A stretch of 64,000 bases of DNA from Tortispora ganteri (Eukaryota). The stretch is taken from NCBI GenBank assembly GCA_003707115.1, contig PPNB01000001.1, positions 1-64,000 of the forward strand. The letters run 5' to 3'. Positions 1-10,571 of this stretch are shown here, in pieces. Both the position numbers and the translations under genes were made by a program. The first letter of the stretch is position 1. Each line of letters begins with the position of its first letter. The notes under the pieces were generated by a model that saw only the letters and a list, made by a program, of their open reading frames with translations, had not been told where the DNA came from and searched no databases.

Positions 1-226
1 GTGCGCATGTACTGATCGAAAAGTATATATGTCTAAGAAATAATATGATGTTTATAATTGGATCAGTAAATAGGCCAATTACTTTTTCATTTAAACTTCA
101 GCTACACAGGCACCTTAGCAACGGAGCAAGGACGTTGAATAGAGGGGACTTTTATAGTTAGCGGATCTCATTCGCATAAATAGAAGGCGAAAATTGTAGG
201 AAGTTTGATTACTGCCTTGATTAAAA

Positions 227-1348
227 ATGGCTCGGATTGTGATCAATAGTCTATGCCATTTTAGACGTTTGCATGTAAAATCTCAAGCGATTGCCTTTAC
301 AGAATTTGGCGACCCAACTAAAGTACTCAAACTGCATGAGTATAGCATCAATACCGATCCTGTTGCTAATGCGAATAGTATTCTAGTGAAATTTCTCGCC
401 TGGCCGATTAATCCTGCGGATGTCAATCAAATTGAGGGAGTTTATCCTTCTAAACCTGTGTTTCATGGTGATTTAGGTGAAACCGCATTGGCTATTGGCG
501 GCAATGAGGGATTGTGCGAAGTAGTTGAAACAGGTAACAATGTGGTTGGCTTTAAGCCAGGTGACTGGGCTGTTATGCAGAAAGTGAGCGTAGGTACCTG
601 GCGGACTTATGCTGAATGTAAACCTGATCAATTAACTCTTGTTCCAAGCAAAGGAAACACAGAAGTGCAAGCGGCTACTGTATCAGTGAATCCTTGTACT
701 GCCTACCGCATGCTTAAAGACTTCGCTGATATGAAGCCCGGCGATTTCTTTATTCAGAACGGTGCCAATTCCGGAGTTGGACGTGCAGCAATTCAATTGG
801 GAAGGCTTTGGGGATTTCGTTCCATCAATGTGGTTCGCAATAGGCCACAACTTGATGATCTTATAGCTGATCTTAAGTCCATTGGCGCAGATGCTGTGGT
901 AACCGATGAGGAAGCTAATGGCCGTGATTTTAGAAATACGCTCGAAGAAATCACGAAAGGGTCTCCAATTAAGCTCGCATTGAATTGTATAGGCGGTAAA
1001 TCCACCTTGAACATTGCGAAACAACTATCGCCAGGCGGACATTTGGTAACATACGGTGCTATGGCGAAGCAACCAATTACGTTGCCACCTAGTTTATTCA
1101 TATTTAAAGATATTCACTGTCATGGAGAATGGGTTACTGCTTGGTCTAACAGACACCCAAAAGAAAAACAGCAAATGATTCACGAAATACTTGCCCTATA
1201 TCGCAATGGCGACTTTAGAGATGTTCCCGTGGAGGAGTTTATTTGGAAAGAATCGGATTCCGCTGAAACCAAATTTAATTCTTTTATGAAGGCGCTCAAT
1301 AATTATATAGCTGGAGGACACAAGAAACAGTTGTGTTTGATAAAGTGA
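227..1348 (+). CDS. ETR1: Mitochondrial enoyl-ACP (2-enoyl thioester) reductase, MDR family
   Basis: PINPADVNQIEGVYPSKP (catalytic Tyr), GGNEG, ATVSVNPCTAYRML, IQNGANSGVG; Arg-rich, acid-free N-terminus resembling a mitochondrial presequence. Confidence 0.93.
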   Translation: MARIVINSLCHFRRLHVKSQAIAFTEFGDPTKVLKLHEYSINTDPVANANSILVKFLAWPINPADVNQIEGVYPSKPVFHGDLGETALAIGGNEGLCEVVETGNNVVGFKPGDWAVMQKVSVGTWRTYAECKPDQLTLVPSKGNTEVQAATVSVNPCTAYRMLKDFADMKPGDFFIQNGANSGVGRAAIQLGRLWGFRSINVVRNRPQLDDLIADLKSIGADAVVTDEEANGRDFRNTLEEITKGSPIKLALNCIGGKSTLNIAKQLSPGGHLVTYGAMAKQPITLPPSLFIFKDIHCHGEWVTAWSNRHPKEKQQMIHEILALYRNGDFRDVPVEEFIWKESDSAETKFNSFMKALNNYIAGGHKKQLCLIK

Positions 1349-1391
1349 TATGGTATATTTCTGTAAATTCACAAACTAGAAGATCGTGGCA

Positions 1392-2807
1392 TTATTGAGA
1401 GGATTGAACCAGTTGTGAGACGTAACGGGCACATTGTAGAACGGTTTCATCTTTGCCAAATTGACCAACAATTTGAACTGCAATAGGTGGCTCTCCCGGG
1501 CGTTGACAAGGTAGCGATATAGCGGGTAACCCGGCCAAATTGGGGGCCACAGTAAGAACGTCGTTCACATATGCATCTATGGGAGAAGCCGTACTGTAAA
1601 CATCATGTAAAGTAGGAGCACTAGTGGTTGTGGTTGGAGTTATTAAAATATCGACGCCATCCCGGTGGCCTTTATTTTGATTTGGGTGGAGCACGTTTGC
1701 GGTCCTGAATACGCTATCAAAATCAGATTGTAATTTTCTCCTAACTTTCAATGCTTGCGCAAAATGAGAGTTGTAAGCACCAGCAGAAAGGCTATAAGTT
1801 CCAAGAAGAACTCGTCGGCGTACTTCGTCTCCAAAACCTTTCAGTCTAGTGGCAGCATACCATAAATCAGCGTCTTCATATGGAGCAACATCCGGTTCAT
1901 CAACATCCCTGTATCCATAGCGAATGCCGTCAAAACGACTCAAGTTCGATGAGCATTCTGCAGTGGAAATGCAATAATAAGTTGACAGCGCAGCAGGAAT
2001 GGCCGGTATAGACACTTGATATATCTCGTGGCCATCGTTGTGTATAGCTTGTAAGATTTCCGTCCATTTCTGTCGCACTACTGGGCTTATATCCGAGGGA
2101 TTGCATTCAAGAGGCAAACCTATTCGAAGCGTACGAGGCATTTCATGATCTTCAGCTTTTCGACGTATATCAGATGGCAAACTAGTAGGGTCTTTGGGGT
2201 CGTATTGGTTTAAAACTTTGAAGACATTTGTAAGAGTTTCCAGGTCATTAGAAAGTATACCGACAGTATCTAGACTTTGAGCGTAGGCGACTACTCCGAC
2301 TCTAGAAATTAACCCATATGTAGGCTTAAAGCCTATTGTACCACAATAGGCGGCAGGGAGTCTAACACTGCCACCAGTGTCTGTTCCGAGTGCAAAATCG
2401 CACATTTCTGATGCAGCGGCAACAGCGCTGCCCCCTGAAGAACCGCCAGCTGTTCGCGGAGGTGATTCTGGACTGTATGCCGAGTTGACAACGTGACCAA
2501 AAGCTGTGTTTGTATTAGTGGATCCCATGCCAAATTCGTCGAGATTCGCTTTTCCAATCACAATTGCTCCTGCACGTTTCAGAAGTGTTACACAAGTAGC
2601 TTCATAAGGAGATATATAATTTCGCAGAGAGTTAGAAGCACAAGTGGTTGGAAGATCTGACGTACATATATTGTCTTTTATTACAGCATATTTATTCGCC
2701 AGGGGGCCGTTATTATTAGCGGAAACAAATGTTTTACTTATTGAAGTTAAAGCATTCAATCTCTTATTAAGTTCGACAGTTTTGCATATATGATCTGTTA
2801 GACCCAT
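1392..2807 (-). CDS. HER2: Mitochondrial glutamyl-tRNA(Gln) amidotransferase subunit A (GatA, amidase signature)
   Basis: IKDNICT, GKANLDEFGMGS, GGSSGGSA, LGTDTGGSVRLPAAYCG, SSNLSRFDGIRYG, GFGDEVRRRVLLGTYSLS. Confidence 0.93.
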   Translation of the reverse strand: MGLTDHICKTVELNKRLNALTSISKTFVSANNNGPLANKYAVIKDNICTSDLPTTCASNSLRNYISPYEATCVTLLKRAGAIVIGKANLDEFGMGSTNTNTAFGHVVNSAYSPESPPRTAGGSSGGSAVAAASEMCDFALGTDTGGSVRLPAAYCGTIGFKPTYGLISRVGVVAYAQSLDTVGILSNDLETLTNVFKVLNQYDPKDPTSLPSDIRRKAEDHEMPRTLRIGLPLECNPSDISPVVRQKWTEILQAIHNDGHEIYQVSIPAIPAALSTYYCISTAECSSNLSRFDGIRYGYRDVDEPDVAPYEDADLWYAATRLKGFGDEVRRRVLLGTYSLSAGAYNSHFAQALKVRRKLQSDFDSVFRTANVLHPNQNKGHRDGVDILITPTTTTSAPTLHDVYSTASPIDAYVNDVLTVAPNLAGLPAISLPCQRPGEPPIAVQIVGQFGKDETVLQCARYVSQLVQSSQ

Positions 2808-3220
2808 TTGTCTACTGGATTTGCTTTATATTTCTCGTAAAGATCTCTGTTGAAAACAGACAGCTCAGTTTCGTTCTCTACTCCGGCTTGCGATAATGGT
2901 AAATGAAGATTTTCTATCAAGGTAGTATTATCGTCTTCAAGGTTTATAATTAAGTTCATGGTTTTAGTCCCATGGGCTTTTGAATAGATTTTAACAGTGT
3001 CGAACTGATCCACGCATGATTTATAGGGTTTGTATCCGCTTTCAGTATGCACTATGTTTTTTATTTTTTCTAATAGTTGCGCCCCCGTCAAGGTGGTCAA
3101 ATCAACGTCATGCAGCACAACGCTTTTAAAAGTCCGGTACTCGAACGATTTGATCATACGAACCGTTATAAAGGAGTCTTGTAAAGGTCTAGTCGTTGGT
3201 GTCAGTGGGTTAAAATCCAT
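2798..3220 (-). CDS. AIM29: UPF0538/DUF2340 family protein (Aim29 / C2orf76-like)
   Basis: ITVRMIKSFEYRT, DTVKIYSKAHGTKTMNLIINL, GVENETELSVFN..YEKYKANP..KW; first ATG at 3220 (ORF track starts at an upstream TTG). Confidence 0.85.
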   Translation of the reverse strand: MDFNPLTPTTRPLQDSFITVRMIKSFEYRTFKSVVLHDVDLTTLTGAQLLEKIKNIVHTESGYKPYKSCVDQFDTVKIYSKAHGTKTMNLIINLEDDNTTLIENLHLPLSQAGVENETELSVFNRDLYEKYKANPVDKWV

Positions 3221-3452
3221 ACTGGCTTTCAATTATCTGAAAGAGAATAAATCTTTTAAAGTAAATAAGCTGTAATAATCTAATAACCAACCTCTGTATA
3301 TCTGGTCTCTATTCTATTCTAATTACAAGTGAAACGGTAAGAAGGATGTGAATAACCAAGTGTGCTATGACTAGGGGAAAAACCTTATTCACTCATTTCT
3401 TGAATACCTTTTTTCCTCTTCGATTTTTTTCTACTCCTACATTTTCTCAAGT

Positions 3453-4052
3453 ATGGATCATGAGCGGTTTATGAAAATAGCTATAAAGCTTGCTGAAACT
3501 GCTTTGCAAAAGGATGAAGTTCCAGTAGGTGCGGTGTTTGTGGCAGATGGAGAGATTCTAGCTACTGGAATTAACGACACTAACAGATCTTTATGTGGTA
3601 CGCGGCATGCTGAATTTCTGGGAATAGAACAAATACTGCAAACCTATACTGCTGATATATTTATGAATGTCGATTTATATGTGACTGTCGAACCTTGCGT
3701 AATGTGTGCGGCCGCATTAAGACAGCTGGGCATAAGAGCCGTTTACTTCGGTTGCGCAAATGACCGCTTTGGAGGATGCGGTTCCGTACTACGAGTTAAT
3801 GCTGATAAATCACCTATAATGTCTCCATTCAAAGTCTTTCCAGGCTTGTATAGAGAAGATGCTATAATGCTACTTCGTAGATTCTACATACAAGAGAATG
3901 AAAAGGCTCCTACTCCTAAAACTAAGAAGAGCAGACTCCTCAAAACTGATTTCGTCCCTTTGGAACTAGATCGCTACGTCTTGGATAAGGATCATCTGAA
4001 TGAACTCAACTCCATCAAATTGACAGAATCTCATTACGCCCAGACTACTTAA
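3453..4052 (+). CDS. TAD2: tRNA-specific adenosine-34 deaminase catalytic subunit
   Basis: EVPVGAVFV, HAE, LYVTVEPCVMCAAAL, FGCANDRFGGCGSV, LLRRFY..ENEKAP. Confidence 0.92.
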   Translation: MDHERFMKIAIKLAETALQKDEVPVGAVFVADGEILATGINDTNRSLCGTRHAEFLGIEQILQTYTADIFMNVDLYVTVEPCVMCAAALRQLGIRAVYFGCANDRFGGCGSVLRVNADKSPIMSPFKVFPGLYREDAIMLLRRFYIQENEKAPTPKTKKSRLLKTDFVPLELDRYVLDKDHLNELNSIKLTESHYAQTT

Positions 4053-4141
4053 TGACAATATCTCAACCATATTTTACTCTTTTGCTTATTCTGTACGTAT
4101 ATTCAAAGTAGTAGTGTTGCTTCGGGCTCCACTCCTTGATT

Positions 4142-6952
4142 TCATATATCGCCAGGAAAGCTGGCTAGCATGTCACCTACTCCCTTCATGGTATACCAGT
4201 GCCTCGAAAGCGGTCGACGCCATTTCAACTCTGTATCAAACTCATATAATTTGTCAACCGGTGAGAAAACTCTTCTGATTCCTTTAATTCCAAGTACAGC
4301 AGCAGTTTCCGGGTTAGCAAGAATCTCCTGCGGATCCGCCTGCTTGTCTTCCAAGAATTTCATACACTGTACGGCTAAGCCAATCGCTCGTATACGATCA
4401 ATAGGCGATGGCATACCTCCTTGCTGTACATGCCCAGGAATAGCAGTTCTGGCTTCAAACTTACCATTACCCTCTTCTTTAATTGCTGCAGCAATAAACT
4501 CGGTCGAAAATAAAGACGACGATTTTTCGTTGCGAATAATTAGTTTACCTGCCCTGTTTTCTCCTTGATCAGTATAAAAACTATCCTTTATCCGGCCAAT
4601 ATCTTCGGCAAGCATCTCTAATGTGATTCCTTCTTCAGGAGTATACACTGCAACTGCACCGGTGACCAGACCTGAATAAGAAGCAATGTAGCCAGAGTTT
4701 CCACCCTGCACTTCAACTACAAATACACGACGTCTAGAAGCAGAAGCAGACTGCTTAATCACGTCACAGTATTCAACAAGAGCATTCAAGCAAGTATCTG
4801 AACCTAAAGAATATTCAGATCCCGGAACGTTGTTGGATATAGTTGCCGGTAAGCACACCATTGGAATGCGCAAAGAAGGATAGAATTCTCTAGCTTTAAA
4901 TAACTGATGAAGTGAAGTGAAAGCTTCAAACCCTCCAACAATCATTAGTCCGTCAAATCGGTACTTCTGGAAATAAAATGCAACCATACCCATGTCAACA
5001 TCTGGCGTATTACGGTTTGTACCAATTTCAGATCCACCTTTAGTAGCCCACCTATCAAGGTCTAACCAGTCAAATTCTTTGACAGAATCGTGTCGCACCA
5101 ATCCTGTAAAACCATTGTATATGCCGTAAGGTTTGTGCCCTCTAGCAAAACAGTATATAGCTGCAGCTCGTACTGCAGCATTCATACCACCAGCCGGCGC
5201 ACCAACATTAATGATAGCAATATTCAGTCTCTTGTTTTCTGGAACCTTGTTTGCAGGATCTTCACAGTTGTTGATTAGCTTGAAGAATTTGTAAGAATCC
5301 TGAAAATCAGAATCTCGTAAGGAGACCGCAGTGTCAAAGTCTTTCTTTTTGATAGCAGTTGCGACAGACTTGGTCAGAGCAACTGCTTCCATGAGAGGGG
5401 TTCGACAAATTTTGTTTTCTCTGATGGTAATAACAGGAGATGGGACGTCAGGAGAGGCGGATAGCACAGCGTCAACAGCATCATACCCTTGAAGTGTTGC
5501 CAGCATGCGATCGTAAGCGCAAGGCGGTCCACCACGTTGAACATGACCAAGAGTAGTGATACGACAATCTAACTTTAGATCATTGGACAATACTTTCTGT
5601 ACCATAGTAGCTGTGACAGGCTGCAAGTCATCGTCAATAGCACCTTCGGCAACAATGATGACAGTTTTACGTTTGCCTTTTCTTCTATGACGAAGAACAG
5701 TTTCACGCATTTCCTTTGACCAGTCTTCACCATGGGGTACAGGTCTCTCGGGAATGAAAATAAAATCTGCGTTAGTAGCTAAACCAGACATGAGAGCAAG
5801 CCATCCACAATGGCGACCCATCACCTCAATAACGAAAGCTCGAGCATGTGATTGAGCAGTAGAATCAATGTAATCTACCATTTGACAGATTCGAGCCAAC
5901 GATGAATATGCTCCGATGGTTGCATCTGTTTCGGCCATGTCATTGTCAATGGATCCAACCAAGCCGGCAATAGTAAGAGTTTCCTTGCCCTTACATGCTT
6001 CTTCCGTTACTTGGCCGGTCGCTATAAGTTCCTTTAAAAGATCAGGCCATTCGCTGCGAAAAAGGTCAGCGCCAGTTAGAGAACCATCACCGCCACAGAT
6101 AATCAGGGCATCAATGCCATTATCAATTAGATTCTTGGCGGCTTTCAATCGGCCAGGTCTTTCTCTAAACTCTGCGTTCCTGGCTGTTCCTATTAATGTT
6201 CCACCCTCGGAAAGCCAACCTCTGACATCTTGCCAATCCATTTTCTTAATCCCAGATTTTCCTTCAACAAGGCCATTGTAACCGTCATAGATTGCATAGG
6301 CTTCACAACCACGATAAATTGCGGTTCTCACCACTGCTCTGACAGCAGCGCTCATTCCAGGAGAATCACCTCCAGAAGTTAGAATGCCGATTTTCTTCTT
6401 TTTCGCAGAAAAAGAAGTGACAGATCCCCTTGAGCTCAAGTAGCCGGAAGATTGATTTGGAGTAGAGGCTTGGGAAGCAACAGGAGCGGCAGATACGCCA
6501 GTGATATGGGTAGTAAAGCCAATGACATTTCCCAGTGGATCAATTGCATACAGCTCAACAGGAAATTCCAAATTCGGAAACCCTTGGAGAGGGGCCTCGA
6601 GGCTGTTCAGCAGATTGCGAACCTCTTCCATATCGCTAGTTCGTAATACAAATGAGGGCTCAATTGCTCTAAAATCAGGGACTTTACCAGGAGTTTCTCG
6701 GGTTATTGCTCCTTTAGTAAGACGAATCTTTACTGTGATAGATAATTCGCCAGATATAGCAAGCATCCAAGACTCTTTGACCGATTCCGCGCTCTGTTCA
6801 GCAGACCTATGCAAAGCTGGGTGTGAGACATCCCACTCCTGAGTGACTTCAAAGCCCAACTTCTTGTAAAAGTCGATCGCTTTATAATAAATCTCTTCGG
6901 AATTAGTAGGAAATGATAAAAATGATATCGAATCAGCTAAATTCGAAACCAT
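4142..6952 (-). CDS. PFK1: ATP-dependent 6-phosphofructokinase (eukaryotic duplicated type with fungal N-terminal extension)
   Basis: TSGGDSPGM, GGDGSLTGA, GSIDND, EVMGRHCG, regulatory half VGAPAGGMN, PATISNNVPG, EVQGG; ATG at 6952 (MVSNLADS). Subunit type (alpha, beta or single subunit) not resolved. Confidence 0.92.
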   Translation of the reverse strand: MVSNLADSISFLSFPTNSEEIYYKAIDFYKKLGFEVTQEWDVSHPALHRSAEQSAESVKESWMLAISGELSITVKIRLTKGAITRETPGKVPDFRAIEPSFVLRTSDMEEVRNLLNSLEAPLQGFPNLEFPVELYAIDPLGNVIGFTTHITGVSAAPVASQASTPNQSSGYLSSRGSVTSFSAKKKKIGILTSGGDSPGMSAAVRAVVRTAIYRGCEAYAIYDGYNGLVEGKSGIKKMDWQDVRGWLSEGGTLIGTARNAEFRERPGRLKAAKNLIDNGIDALIICGGDGSLTGADLFRSEWPDLLKELIATGQVTEEACKGKETLTIAGLVGSIDNDMAETDATIGAYSSLARICQMVDYIDSTAQSHARAFVIEVMGRHCGWLALMSGLATNADFIFIPERPVPHGEDWSKEMRETVLRHRRKGKRKTVIIVAEGAIDDDLQPVTATMVQKVLSNDLKLDCRITTLGHVQRGGPPCAYDRMLATLQGYDAVDAVLSASPDVPSPVITIRENKICRTPLMEAVALTKSVATAIKKKDFDTAVSLRDSDFQDSYKFFKLINNCEDPANKVPENKRLNIAIINVGAPAGGMNAAVRAAAIYCFARGHKPYGIYNGFTGLVRHDSVKEFDWLDLDRWATKGGSEIGTNRNTPDVDMGMVAFYFQKYRFDGLMIVGGFEAFTSLHQLFKAREFYPSLRIPMVCLPATISNNVPGSEYSLGSDTCLNALVEYCDVIKQSASASRRRVFVVEVQGGNSGYIASYSGLVTGAVAVYTPEEGITLEMLAEDIGRIKDSFYTDQGENRAGKLIIRNEKSSSLFSTEFIAAAIKEEGNGKFEARTAIPGHVQQGGMPSPIDRIRAIGLAVQCMKFLEDKQADPQEILANPETAAVLGIKGIRRVFSPVDKLYEFDTELKWRRPLSRHWYTMKGVGDMLASFPGDI

Positions 6953-7127
6953 TTTGCTTGGTAATATTAGTGAACTCAGGCGAAGGAGAATTAGTGGGAA
7001 CAAAAGAGAACTGATTTTCCTTATAATCGAGTGAAATAAGGTTTGGAGATTACGCTACTGACATAACACAATGTATGTAATGTAAACGAAGTCTTTTTGG
7101 AAGGAGAAGATCAATAATTAGCCAATA

Positions 7128-8873
7128 TCAATCTATTATATTGCCCCAATTTTCAGCAACATATTCCGTAATTAGTTCCCTTAACATTATACCCCCATAT
7201 TCGTCATAAGTTAAAGGGGGAGTATTGGGAAGCACAGCCTGTATGAAAGGAGCAACGAATTCTAAACTGACTAAATCAATTGTATGGGTCTCAGTTTCAA
7301 GATTCAAATCAGAGTCAATATTCTGCACAGCTGCAATCACATTAGGAAGCGTGTAAGTCGTACCACCCGAATGGCAGACGTCATCGCCATCACAGTCATA
7401 GTCATCGCATGTAACGTAGCCTTTCGGACGCTTCCCTGTCATGCGGGTAGAACCTTGCGCATTAGAGTCAGTAAGGGCTCTTTTGATTTTTTCTCCATTT
7501 GCATGAATGTTTTCAGGAACTCCCATATTACTGGAATTAAATATTTCAGATTTCCAAATATGGTCAACACCATTCAGCAAAGGAACAACAGTTCTAGCTA
7601 ACCGAACGGGCAGATCCTTAAAGTATATCCAGTTTGTATCAAAAGGAGCAACTTGGAATTGAGTATCCAGTGTATAATTTCCTGCTTCTAAATGGTAACG
7701 GAAGGCTCCAGAATTGATTAAAATCATTCTGGGCTTATCGTTACGATCCACGGTTCCTTTCAGGCGAGGAAGAATCTCGTTTTCCACTAGTGTAAGAAGA
7801 CTGTTATTGCTCCCATAAGGGGTTTGAGCCAGATAATAATCATTAGGAACATACCCGTATACAGCAGAGAGATTATAAGTGCTGCTTAGATTTGTAAGCT
7901 GCTCTCGGACCTGCAACCCTTGTTGTGTCATAAAGTTATTTTCGGTTTTATTGGAGTGATAGTAAAAACTTTTCTCTGAAAAATCAATGTATCTTCTTTC
8001 AAACGAGTAATAATTAGAGTCAAATCCTCCTATGCTAGCAAAACCAAGTGTCTCGCCATATCTACCTGATTCAATCGCCGTGGCTTTGTGGTCTAGAACC
8101 ACGTAATCACGAATGTGAGAGTGTCCACCGAAAATCTGAATCGGTATATCAGGATAAAATTCACGAATAGCTTTGTGTAAGGTAATAATTTCACTCGTGT
8201 CCCTAATTGGTATATGAGTTACCAGCAAGATGACATCCGGGAAAGGTGCAGCAGTCATTACTTGAAAGAACCATTCCTGTTGAACAGACTCCTCGACTGA
8301 GGTTAGTCGAGAAATATTTGAGTTACCCGTAAAGTCGAAGATAAAACCCAAAGCAAGGACATTGAGTCCGTTATTGCGGGTGGTGAAGCGGCGGTACCTA
8401 GGAGCAAATGTAACATAGTCACTCTTTTCTTCGTCCCATACTTCAACATTAGCAATAATGAATTTTTCACCATAGTAATGTACCATCTGTTTGATAGTAT
8501 CGATAGTAATCGCATCAACGTATAGTTCATGGTTGCCTAAAGTGATTAGGTCGACGTCAAGTTCTCGCATAATGGGCAAAAGCTCTCTACCGCGCGGGCT
8601 GGTGATGTCGCTAAGCCCGGTGCCATCGTGATAATCGCCTGTATCAACAACAATAAGATCCATATTATTATCATCAGAGTACTTTCTCAGATGAGAAACA
8701 AAGGACAGATAGTCTCCCCAATCGGCACCGTAGGTAGGGTTAAGATGACCTGCAAGCCAACCATGTGTGTCGGTTGTATGTAAGAAGTTAAGCTGCTGCC
8801 ACTGGAGAGGTCTATATGTAATAGATTCCAATGCAGATACATAGCAAGCCATGAGCAAAAAAATCCAAATCAT
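7128..8873 (-). CDS. Secreted/vacuolar calcineurin-like metallophosphoesterase, 5'-nucleotidase family (YHR202W-like)
   Basis: Signal peptide MIWIFLLMACYVSA; LNFLHTTDTHGWL, DTGDYHDGTGLSD, GNHELY, GGHSHIRD, ESGRYGETLG, GYVT.DD...DGDD..H. Confidence 0.85.
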   Translation of the reverse strand: MIWIFLLMACYVSALESITYRPLQWQQLNFLHTTDTHGWLAGHLNPTYGADWGDYLSFVSHLRKYSDDNNMDLIVVDTGDYHDGTGLSDITSPRGRELLPIMRELDVDLITLGNHELYVDAITIDTIKQMVHYYGEKFIIANVEVWDEEKSDYVTFAPRYRRFTTRNNGLNVLALGFIFDFTGNSNISRLTSVEESVQQEWFFQVMTAAPFPDVILLVTHIPIRDTSEIITLHKAIREFYPDIPIQIFGGHSHIRDYVVLDHKATAIESGRYGETLGFASIGGFDSNYYSFERRYIDFSEKSFYYHSNKTENNFMTQQGLQVREQLTNLSSTYNLSAVYGYVPNDYYLAQTPYGSNNSLLTLVENEILPRLKGTVDRNDKPRMILINSGAFRYHLEAGNYTLDTQFQVAPFDTNWIYFKDLPVRLARTVVPLLNGVDHIWKSEIFNSSNMGVPENIHANGEKIKRALTDSNAQGSTRMTGKRPKGYVTCDDYDCDGDDVCHSGGTTYTLPNVIAAVQNIDSDLNLETETHTIDLVSLEFVAPFIQAVLPNTPPLTYDEYGGIMLRELITEYVAENWGNIID

Positions 8874-10571
8874 GTGTTGTGGAAAAGTAGTATACGGCCC
8901 AAGATAGGAGCCGTGCCATACAAGAGATTACTTAATACACAATTCTAGGTAGTCAAACTTTGTGGCGAAGTCGGAGCCTAAACCTTCACTAAAATTTTAC
9001 CTTAGTTCGCTTGATCTTAGATCAAATCTCTAAAAGTGAATAGAATATATCCTGATGGAACTAGTAAATAGTAAGTATCCTGTAAAGATAGCTCAGCGTT
9101 TAACTGCTTATACACTGCACCTGTGTTGGTACTTAAGTGCTTGAGGAAAGTTTATATGTTAGTGTAAAAGTTTAAAAAACAAGACCGTAATTTATGATCC
9201 AGAAAAGGGCATATCCCTCTTTGCTCCTGGAATGAATAAAAGATTTTGTAATAATATGTTACTATAAAGCTCATTGGATTTAGTGTAAACACTGTAAAAC
9301 ATGTTGTAGATAGATTCAAAAAGCACGAAACGAATATCTCGTCATATTTAGAGAGTATGCGCCATTGTTAAGCTTCCTCCAAAGATATTATTCTTAGCTG
9401 GCAAACTGGTTGCAAAACAATCGAAAATGCTTGTTTGCAGTTATTATCATCGCAGAATGGATTAATATGCCTGAGAGTTTATTACTTGTTCAATCTGGTT
9501 ATTAGAAGCCATGCTAATAGCTATGTTCTTTACAACTTTAAACGCTAATATATTTGCAAGAAACTCAATGAACTTAAAATGTAGGTGAGGTTTACTGCCA
9601 TATACAATATTACCTATGCCTGATCATACATAGATCTATACCAATTTTTAGTAATATAAAAAGCCAAGTACACTGGATTACATTTAGCATTGATTATTTA
9701 TATGCGCTGTAAACTATTAGTTCCTTAAAGACGCGGCTGGCAAGAAATTTCTAGTTCTTCAATGCTTTTCGGGTTTCCTTACGAATCCTATGTTATATTA
9801 TTCGACATTCACACTTAATGAAAAAAACAGTATAGTTTCTTCACACTCACAAATTATACTTTACATCTACATTGCAAAGATGAAGTGTTAGTTGATCGAA
9901 TTAATTGTGTATCCGTTCATAGTTAAAAAGATAACGTCTAATTCTTCACTTCATCGATTTGAAATAGTGATTCAGTCCGTTAAGCTTATCCGTTTGTAAT
10001 GTCGCTTTGTATTACCCTCTCTATTTCATTTCATATCGCGAGATAATTGAACTTAACACTCATATTCAGAGGTGTAATATAAGCAAGGGCGTCAGTGAAC
10101 GACGGGATTAGTCAGTGCCATACAATGATGTAAAATGTGAACCTGTCTCACAGTGTTGCAACAAGCTTAAGGCCAAATGTTCAAATTTGCACGCTCATAA
10201 TTCATGTCCTGGGTAGTTTATAGATGCTAATTTGTAACATTCACTGGGTCTCTATGCAATTGACAGTATCCGAAAATAAATTATGCTTTTCTTGCGCTTT
10301 TTAATAACATTTCAAGTTTTCATTTCTGATTGCATGACTATTCCTTTTCGGCCACTATTTTAACCGTTTTAGTCAACCCTACTGTAACCGCACACCCACT
10401 GATCCTCCCACAACAGAGATTTGGTTCGTTACTACAACAACCAATCTTAGTTATTACCGAACTTTATTTGAAAAATAAAAAACTGCGAAAATCCATACTA
10501 GTTCTTACTTATAGTTATTGCAGGTAATCTGTAATTGACAATCGCGTGATTGATTTATATTTTAAAGTATT

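Noticed and set aside
6953..7003. TTG/GTG-initiated N-terminal extensions in the ORF track (PFK; also AIM29, MET12, PRM15-like, VanZ-like)
   Set aside because: Bacterial-style start calls; a downstream ATG or an upstream spliced exon explains each gene
9088..9110. TAGCTCAG resembling a tRNA A box
   Set aside because: No cloverleaf and no properly spaced GTTCRA B box
9302..10439. TGTTGTAG...CTACAACA as LTR or transposon ends
   Set aside because: Only 8 bp, no target-site duplication, no internal coding remnant, and long for a typical yeast solo LTR
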